Source: Lama glama
Lineage: Eukaryota
Reading direction: 5' to 3'
NCBI GenBank assembly: GCA_028534125.1
Contig: CM052817.1
Coordinates: forward strand, 77,688,001-77,752,000
Length of the DNA stretch: 64,000 nt
The notes below the pieces were generated by a model, which did not search any database, was not told the origin of the DNA, and saw only the letters and a list, made by a program, of their open reading frames with translations. How positions within the stretch are numbered: position 1 is the first letter of the stretch; each line of letters opens with the position of its first letter. Positions 55,320 to 64,000 of this stretch are shown here, piece by piece. Made by a program: the position numbers and the translations under genes.

Positions 55320-55500
55320 GCTGTGTTCTTTCTTTCATTGTGACTGATGAGGCAGTGACAAGGCTGGGGGATCAAATAAGGGACTGTTCACCAAGGAAGG
55401 TGGAGGTGATAAAGGGGGTAGATGAGTTTCATGCTCAGGCATAAAATATGACAGAATAAGGAAATCTAGGAACTTCACAGGCAGTTACCTGTGGGAGAAT
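55320..55500 (+). pseudogene. Pseudo-exon (boundaries approximate)
   Basis: EAVTRLGDQIRDCSPRKVEVIKG...MTE*GNLGT vs STRC [23 protein letters not shown]...FTEIGTIA. Confidence 0.7.
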
Positions 55501-56660
55501 ACTGGAAAAGGACTATGAAGATGCTGCTTTAGCTATAAATGTTGTGAATTTAATATAACAGAAATATTAACAGTATGAATTTCAATAACAGTGACAAACA
55601 CACACTTACAGAGAACTTCTATGTTCCAGGCATTCTGCTTAACTTAGCTCACACAGATCACCTCATTTAATCCTCACAATACAAAGAACACATTCCATAG
55701 TACTTCATCTGAAGTCCTAAAATAAAAAACAAAATCTCTGAAAACTAAAATTTTGAAATCATTGATTTGACAGCAAAATCTGACATGAACTGACATGAGG
55801 CTATTTTTAGTTTTTATTTATCCCATTAAAAGTGAATATTTGTGTATTTTACTATAGAAGTCTTAATGTTCGGTCATGGGCTGTTTCTCAGATCCCACTA
55901 GGGTTCAGTTCCATATTGCCATTTTAAAAAATGTTTCCAAATTCCAAAATTTGCCTGGCTTCCAAGATTTCAGATAAGGTAAGGTGAGCCTTTAAAAAGA
56001 GCTAACATTTACTGAGAACTTGCTATGTGCCAGGCTTGGGTCCAAATATCTACTTATGTTAATTCATACTAGTCCTTAGAGGCAGATGTATTTTTCATTC
56101 TTTCTGTCTTATAGTTGGGGCAACTAAAGAACAGAAAGGTCAAGGAACCCAAGGGTACCAGCTGGTAACCCAGGGACACAGAAATTGAACCCAGGCAGTC
56201 TGGATCTGGGAAGCTTTTGCTTAACTGCTACACATCCTGCCTCATTTATATTATCACAATTGTTATTCTCATTCTACAGATGAAAATTTTGAAAATTAAA
56301 GGTTACATAATTTTATCCAAGATAAAGTGTCTATGTGATCTTGGGCAAGTTACTTAACCTCTTTGTGAATCAGCTTTCCTTTCTGTAAAACAGAGGTAAT
56401 GATAATACACACCACATAGGATTGTTAAGAGGATTAGGTGAGGTTACAGCACCTAGCGAAGTGCCTGACAAACCATATGCAATAAATACATTTTAGCTCT
56501 TATTATTATTACAACTAGGCCATATGGATGCTGTAGGGAGGAGGAGGATATGATGAAAGTCAATCCTTATGCAAAGATTTACTATAAAGAAGTTAAAGGG
56601 ATAATGTTTTTCACGTATTAAATCAGTGTTTTTCTTTATTTTTTCTTTCCTAGTCCCTAG

Positions 56661-56860
56661 GTGTTTAATGGTTGCCCCATCTGTTGAATTAATGGCATTT
56701 ATTGCTTCAGAGAGTAGGTACAAAACAAAGAGGCCTTTCATTCCTCTTTGAGTCTACAAGCTGACATTTTTTAGTCCATTGAGAGACTTTAGTCATGAAG
56801 CCATGCTTTGTTAAAGAACAAGACTGTTTTATAAATCCCAAAGCTTCTCTTTACAATTAA
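56661..56860 (+). pseudogene. Pseudo-exon, C-terminal repeat region
   Basis: Long polypyrimidine tract + ag. SVELMAFIASES...PFIPL*VYKLTFFSPL...(shift) VKEQDCFINPK vs STRC SVIPPPKFAVVFSPI...VTPEQMAFLSPE. Confidence 0.65.
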
Positions 56861-57869
56861 AAGTCTGGGCTTCGTTCACTCAATTCCTATAGTATTGTAT
56901 TCATAAGATGCCACAGCATAAAGAGAACAGTAACTGTATTTCAAGGAAAGTTCCCTTATAACAGGATGGGGAGTTCCTTTTCACTAAGAACAGGATTTGA
57001 AAACTAGTGAAAGAGAAGTGGGAGAGCTCAGAATGAGTGATGCGCTCACCCACCTGGGTGCAAATGCCCTGGGGAGAGGGAAGAGGGAATGTTGTAAACT
57101 CCTTGGCAAACCCTGCATTCAGCCTTGTGTTCATATTATATAGTCTCTGGGCAGAAGAGCAACGCCTGAGGCAATGTTTGATGGCTGCCTCAAAGAATTC
57201 TGCATATTGTGGAATGGTAAGGAAAATCTACTGGGGGTTCTTCGGCCTCCCACAAAGGTCACAGATTTGAGACAATCAGAAAACAGAAAAGAGCCACTCT
57301 TGGGACCTTAAGACGAGGGAACATGATAAGATCCAGAGGCATCAATGGCAGATGACACCATGGAAAAACACCAGACCAGTCATACCCTAGCTGGCACTGT
57401 TTTGGTCTACACAGTGAAGAGAGAGGGAAATGGAAATTTTAGAAGATGACATGTGGACCAAGGATCCTTCCCTATACCACCATGTTGGCCTGGACCAACA
57501 AGCTAGCTGTAAAGGAAAGAGACTGAGAGAAATCTCCACGGAGGAAGAAACAGTTGTGACTAACCTCTAATTGACCGATTTCCAACCCTCCCCCCAAATA
57601 TTTTAGAATCAAAAGAAGCTGAGTTAATTTTACTCGTCCAATTTTATTTTATCTTTTCCTGCTTGCAAAAGGGACTGAACTCCAGAGGATGTATGAGATT
57701 AAATAATAAAGGCAGCTACCCTTTTCTTTTTTTAACAACCAAATGTATAATTTAATTCTACTATATTTCAAAGGTACTAAATCTCAGAATTTTCTAAAAC
57801 CAAACCTCATTCTAAGTTACATCATGATTTGGCCATGAAAGATAAACTGGACAAATTTTAGGAAATGAC

Positions 57870-60530
57870 TATTTTAAGATATTTGATGGTAGGCAACACA
57901 GGACAGTAATCCTGGATGAAAGAAAAACAAATGAGTTAGATGAGTCCTTCCTTTGCCCATGCTTTCTGCCTAGAAGTAATTTCCATTGAAGTACAGGAAG
58001 GAGGATACAGACAAAACCTGGGGATGTCAAGGAGTTAAAGAGACAGTACTTATCTTTTGGGAAAGCTGAAGCAACTAGAATTTGTGGAACACACGGCCTA
58101 AGAGGAAGGAGCTACACAGAGATGCCCCAGATACCATCCCAGGAGTCCCGCTGAATCTACAAATATATCACTGGAAATGAACAATATCAGAGGAAAGAAC
58201 AATCACCAAGGAGCTGTAAGCCGAATAATTTCTGGAGCCCTTAAAGGTCTGAGAATCACTTAAGTTACATAATTCAAAGTAAAGAGACCTTCATGAATAC
58301 ATGATGTATTTAGTAGAGACTCCAGAAGAGCCTCATCTTAAAAGTGGGGCTAAATAAGCCCTACAGGTAATCTAGATCGATTGATTCTAAAAGATATAAC
58401 AAAACGCAGCACTCAAAAATGCATAAAACCATGATGCCCAGCATCCAACCAAAATTACGGAGTATGTGAAGAGGCTGAAAAATGTGACCCATAGCTTAGG
58501 AAAAGTCAGTCAATAAAGTAGATCCAAAATGAGAAAGAGAGTAAAACTAATCAACAGACATGAACTTTAAAACAGCACAACTTCAACATACATATTGAAT
58601 ACTGATTAAAAAGTATTCAAAATGAAGCACAGAGTAAAACAGATTAAAAAAAGTTAGTTTCCAGTGACCCATGAGACAGTAACAAATGATTCAACATATA
58701 CACAACTGAAATTCCAGAAGAGAAGGAAAGGAACAGAAAAATATTTGAAGAAATAATGGCCAAAAGTTTTCCAAATCTGATTTAAAGAAACTATAAACCC
58801 ACAGATCCAAAAGGCAAAATGAAGCCCAAGTAAAATAAGCATAAATAAAACCTCTCCAAGTTTCATTATAATCAAACTGCTGAAAAAGTGTTAAAGCAAG
58901 AATCCTAAGAGCATCAAGAGAACAAAGACATGCATCTAGAGAAACAAAGACAAAAATAACAGCAGAGTTCTTGTCATAAATTATGCAATTCCAAAGATAA
59001 TGGATTTAATTCTCTAAAATGCTGGCAGAAAAAGTGTCAACTTAAAATTCTCTATCTAGTAAGTATCTTTCATAAATTAGGGTAAGTAGAAATTGGTAAG
59101 CTTACTGTATAATTTATAGAGAAATTCAAACTAGCATTTCTAAACGATATTTTAAAATAAAGTTGACCCTCCACATCCATGGGTTCCACATCCACAGATT
59201 CAACCAACTGTGGATCGAAAATACAAAAAAAAAAAAAAAATTCCAGAAAGTTTCGAAAAGTAAAACTTGAAATTGCCATGCACCAGCAACTATTTACATA
59301 TTTACATTCCATTTATAATTATTTACATAATATTAGGTATTATAATTAATCTAGAAATTATTTAAAGTATACAGGAGTACTGCATAGGTTATATGCAAAT
59401 ACTATGCCATTTTATATAAGAGATTTGAGTTATACGTGAATTTTGGTATCTATGGAAGGGGTCCTGGAACCAGTTCCCTGTGGATACCTAGGGATGACAG
59501 TAATCTGACCTCCAGATTCAATAATTTATGTCAAAATAAAGTGTGAATAAATCTCATATCAAATGTCAAGCTTTTACATGTGAATGGTTTTCTCCAAAAA
59601 CATTTAAAAGTCAGTAAAACTCCTCTTAATTTTCACACACACACACACCCACACACACCCACACAGGAGGATTTATATCATCTGATTTCAAGGTTTATAA
59701 AACTATTGTAATCAAGGCAATATAATAATGGTTAAGAATAGACACATGGATCAATGGAACAGAAATAATTCAGAAATAGATCAACACTTACAATCAACTG
59801 ATTTTCAACAACGATGTCAAAAAATCAAGGGGGAAACGTATAGTCTTTTCAGTAAACTGTGCCAGAATAACTGGGTATCTGTATGGAAAAAAATGAATCT
59901 CAGCTCTTTCATTATGCCATACACAAAAAGTAATTCAAATTAGGTCACATGTGTAAATATAGGAGTTAAAACCGTAAGTCTTTTAGACTTGGACATAATA
60001 ACCTTGGATAAGGCAAAGATTTCTTAGCTAAGACATAATCATAAGATGTAAATGAAAAATTTGATAAACTGGATTTCATCAAAATCAAAATTTTCACTTG
60101 TCAAAAGACAAATGTTTACAAAAAGGCAAGCTGCAAAATGAGAGAAAATATTTGCATATTTTTCTGACAAGGGGTGTATACACACATATATACACAGAAT
60201 ATATAAAGAACTCATAACTCAATAAGAAGACCACCCCAATTAAGAAAAAAACAAAAGCAAAAGATTTGGACATTTCATGGCCAAAAAGCTCATGAAAACT
60301 ACCCATATCATTAATCATCTGGAAAATGCAAATTAAAATCACCATTAAATATCACTATACAACCACTGAAATGGCTTACACTGAAAATACTAACAACTCC
60401 AAGTGTTGGCAGGGATGTAGAGAAACTGGAATCCTTGTTTGTTGCTGAACGTAAAATGTCAGTCATTTTGGGTAACAGTTTGGCAATTTCTTAACAAGTT
60501 AAATATACAATTAACATAGGATCCACTGTG
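57870..60530 (+). mobile_element. Old L1M fragments (5'/ORF1 region and ORF2 end)
   Basis: ORF1-like EKIFEEIMAKSFPNL and ORF2 KNRHMDQWNRN motifs. Confidence 0.7.
59160..59500. mobile_element. MER2 (Tigger-derived MITE)
   Basis: TIRs gttgaccctccacatccatggg / cctgtggatacctagggatgac. Confidence 0.8.
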
Positions 60531-61013
60531 TCTTAATAAACAATAGCAAAACATTGTAGTGGTTTTTAGAACACACACGTAGATATAAATTGCACGAAAA
60601 CTATGGCACAAAATGGAAGTATATTTTTAAAATTCGTATGTTATATTCGAATTAGTATAGGACTGTTTGAAAGAAGATTTAGAATTTTAAAACTACGGCT
60701 CCTAAGGGCCTGGGATAGAGGAAAGTATCCCAGGGCTTTTCCTTTCCAGCTCCAAAAGTAATCTGCTTTCTCGCCTCGCCTCTCTGGAAAAAGCTCTTCC
60801 TTTGCTGCTGCTCCAGTCTCCTCCCTACACCCCAGGGCACTTCAGCAGCAACTCCAGCTGCGATGGAGTTACCGACATCTTCATCTCCCCCAGCCTGCAG
60901 GGCAGGACAGCACCGACTGTTTTCTGACCCCTGTCCTCCCAGGGCACGGGAGTTAGGGGGTACGAAGTTCTCCAGCCTCTTCCTCCTGTTCTCCCAAGGA
61001 GAGATTCCCATTT

Positions 61014-61513
61014 NNNNNNNNNNNNNNNNNNNNNNNNNNNNNNNNNNNNNNNNNNNNNNNNNNNNNNNNNNNNNNNNNNNNNNNNNNNNNNNNNNNNNNN
61101 NNNNNNNNNNNNNNNNNNNNNNNNNNNNNNNNNNNNNNNNNNNNNNNNNNNNNNNNNNNNNNNNNNNNNNNNNNNNNNNNNNNNNNNNNNNNNNNNNNNN
61201 NNNNNNNNNNNNNNNNNNNNNNNNNNNNNNNNNNNNNNNNNNNNNNNNNNNNNNNNNNNNNNNNNNNNNNNNNNNNNNNNNNNNNNNNNNNNNNNNNNNN
61301 NNNNNNNNNNNNNNNNNNNNNNNNNNNNNNNNNNNNNNNNNNNNNNNNNNNNNNNNNNNNNNNNNNNNNNNNNNNNNNNNNNNNNNNNNNNNNNNNNNNN
61401 NNNNNNNNNNNNNNNNNNNNNNNNNNNNNNNNNNNNNNNNNNNNNNNNNNNNNNNNNNNNNNNNNNNNNNNNNNNNNNNNNNNNNNNNNNNNNNNNNNNN
61501 NNNNNNNNNNNNN
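61014..61513. other. Assembly gap (500 N)
   Basis: Run of N. Confidence 1.
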
Positions 61514-62160
61514 ATTATTAGTAATATTGAGCATTTTTTTCATGTGCCTATTAGCCTATCCTCTTCATTGGATAATTGCTTGTTTAAGTTTTCTGACCAT
61601 TTTTGGATTGAGTTGTTTGTTTTTTTGTTATTAAGTTGTATGGGCTGTTTATATATTCTGGAAATTAAGCCCTTGACAGTCGCATCATTTGCAGATATTT
61701 TATCACATTCTGTATGTTGTCTTTTTGTTTTGTGTGTTGTTTCCTTTGCTGTACAGAGCTTATAAGTTTAATTAGGTTTCATTATTTTTTTTGCTTTTAT
61801 TTCTTGCCTTGATAGACTGCCCTAGGAGAACACTGTTAAAATTAATGTTACAGAATGTTTTGCCTGTTTTCTTCTAGGAGGTTTATAGTGTTTTGTTTTA
61901 TATTTAAGTCTTTAAGCCATTTTGAGTTTATTTATCTGTATGTTTTCTTTGGAAAAATGTCTATTTAGATCCTCTGCCCATTTTTTAATTGGGTTGTTTA
62001 AATTTTTTAAAATGCTGAATTGTATGAGCTGTTTATATATTTTGGATATTATCCCCTTATCAGTCATATCATTTGCAAATACTTTCTCCCGTCCAGTAGG
62101 TTGTCTTTTCATTTTGTTGATGGTTTCCTTTTCTGTGCAAAAGCTTTTAAGTTTAATTAG
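61514..62160 (-). mobile_element. Antisense L1 ORF2-end fragments (two overlapping pieces)
   Basis: [14 protein letters not shown]...[18 protein letters not shown] motif; the same L1 region occurs twice. Confidence 0.85.
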
Positions 62161-62934
62161 GGTTAGGGATAAGAGAGATCTCTTTCTACTTTGAATAGCT
62201 TAGATGTAATTAAGCCTTGCATGTAAGAAAATAAGTAGCCAGTAAGCAGGCATTTATGATATAATAAGAGAAACTAAAACAAGACAGACTATAAACTGGA
62301 TGTGATCCTAGCTGTTGAGAAGCCAAGGAGCAGAGCTTCTCAATCATTACACAAATGCACTATTGGTGCTGAGGTGTGAGATTCTGGGTAGAGACTAAAA
62401 GGAAGTAGTTCAAGGTGGCATTCTGGAGATGATGAAACAGTTGTTATGTGAACCAGATAGGGAAGACCTATTGTGAGTTAAAGAAGCTGTTCTCTGCACG
62501 GAGGATATTGTAAAATCTCTGATACAGGAGTTGCAGGGTACACAGAGCTTTCCTAACATAAGGGGAGTTTACTGGTGAAAGTATAGAGTGTGATGAGAGT
62601 GGTTGGATGGAGTAGAAGCATGGAGTGAATAATCTTAAAGTATATGGTTTAAGTATGGTTTGGAGGTTATTAGAAAATTACTGGAGACCTAATGAGAAGG
62701 ATTTTTGTTGTCTGTGTTTCTCTCTCTCTCCCCCATACACACACACACTTCTTGGATTCTCTATCTGGAGTACCTCTTTATTCCTCCTTTTTCTGCTCCC
62801 CAACCCCCTTGCTTGACTAACCCTTGCAGAGTCTTCAGGTCTCAGTTTTCAGTCTTCTTTCAGAAAGTTGCCCCTGACCACAGGCTGAGTTAGGTCTTTT
62901 CCTATGTGTTCTAATATCCTCTGCTTACCCCTGT

Positions 62935-63477
62935 CAAATCTATTTTCTTTGTCTATTGCTATGTAATAAATTACCACAAACATAGTAGCTTGAAACAATA
63001 AAATTTATTTTCTCAGAGTTTCTGTGGGTCAAGATCTAGGACCAAGATCAAGATGTTGGCTGGCTATATCCTCATTTGGAGGCTTGACTAGGGAAAGTTA
63101 AGTTTCCAAGCTCCTTCATGTTGTTGGCAGAATTTATTTCCTTACAGCTGTAGAACTGAGGTCCCTGTTTTCTTAATAGCTATCGACTGGGCCCACTCTC
63201 AGCTCAAGTCGTTACCATGTGGTCCTGTCTACACACAGCAGTTTGCTTCTTCAGGACCAGCAGGAGAATCTTTCTTCTCAGTCTTCTAAGACTCAGTCTT
63301 ATGTAACATTGTGTAATCACAGGATGACTACCCGTCACCTCTGATGTATGTTGTAACCTAATCAATGGAATGACTACCCCCTTATATTCATAAATCATAC
63401 TTAAGGGGAAGGAATTGTACATGGTGTGTACACCAGGGTTAGGGGATTGTAGGGAATCTCGAAATTCTGCCTACCAA
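62935..63477 (-). mobile_element. MaLR LTR, MLT1E/F-like
   Basis: tattgctatgtaataaattaccacaaacatagtagcttgaaacaa ... gaaattctgcctacca. Confidence 0.75.
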
Positions 63478-64000
63478 AATATCCTTTATCATATTGCGTT
63501 ATAATTGCCAACTTACTGAGATTTCAGAGAGACTGTATCTTGGTGACCCTGTAGCTTCTTCTTTGCATACTGTTTGGCAGATGCTGGGCTCCCAATAGAT
63601 ACTTGCTCAGTTACTTAATAAATTTTGACAAGTCAGTTTGGATAGTTGACAGCATGGAGGCCCAAAGAGGTAAGATTTTAATAAGCTGCACATTTAGTGC
63701 AATCTAGGTGAAAAGATGCTATTGAATGGCAATAAAGAAAGAGAAACTGTGAACTAAATCCACAGTCTGCAGAATCAGTGAATGAAGATAGTATTGCTGT
63801 GGTGATGGAGAAATGGGATGCTGTGTTTTTGGAGCTGGTGATATGTGACACTCAGTTAGCAATGTTTGGTCAATTTTATTGCGTATGATGTTAAACAGGT
63901 AAGAATGAGCAGTTCCCAGTAATTGTGCTGCAGTGTGGAAGGCCATCATGATAGTCATTGCTTTTAAAAAAATGAGCTTTTCCTCTGATTAAGGCACAAA

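Larger units (their letters stand above)
297..57150 (+). pseudogene. Multi-exon unprocessed pseudogene of a stereocilin-like (STRC/OTOA/MSLN family) gene; 5' end lies upstream of the window
   Basis: About 20 exon remnants with splice signals, mostly compatible phases, in-frame stops/frameshifts, and translations collinear with recalled human stereocilin (see individual exons). Confidence 0.82.

Noticed and set aside
297..57150. Calling the locus functional STRC or OTOA
   Set aside because: Many stops and frameshifts, an LTR inside an exon, low identity, and different size and intron layout. No gene symbol assigned.
60863..61765. 300-aa and 196-aa ORFs
   Set aside because: They span the N gap; the remainder is antisense L1 or unexplained flank.
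1..64000. CRISPR arrays, operons, rRNA or other prokaryotic systems
   Set aside because: The sequence is mammalian and shows no such structures.

Overview
AT-rich mammalian genomic DNA, most likely camelid (it carries a Vic-1-type tRNA-derived SINE), with two 500-N scaffold gaps and dense interspersed repeats (L1, L2, MIR, ERV1/ERVL/MaLR LTRs, hAT/Tigger elements and one MULE-type transposon). I see no intact protein-coding gene; the ORF track is mostly L1 fragments, gap artefacts or chance ORFs. The unique sequence between the repeats, however, holds about 20 decayed + strand exons from ~297 to ~57,150. Many keep AG/GT boundaries with matching phases, and their translations (with stops and frameshifts) follow human stereocilin collinearly from the N-terminal region to the C-terminus. 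I interpret this as the fossil of a large stereocilin/otoancorin/mesothelin-family paralog, distinct from STRC itself. An old MLT1-type LTR sits inside one exon, suggesting the gene died early in placental mammal evolution. All protein comparisons were made by eye against the human STRC sequence as I recall it, and repeat subfamily names are also from memory; both need computational confirmation.
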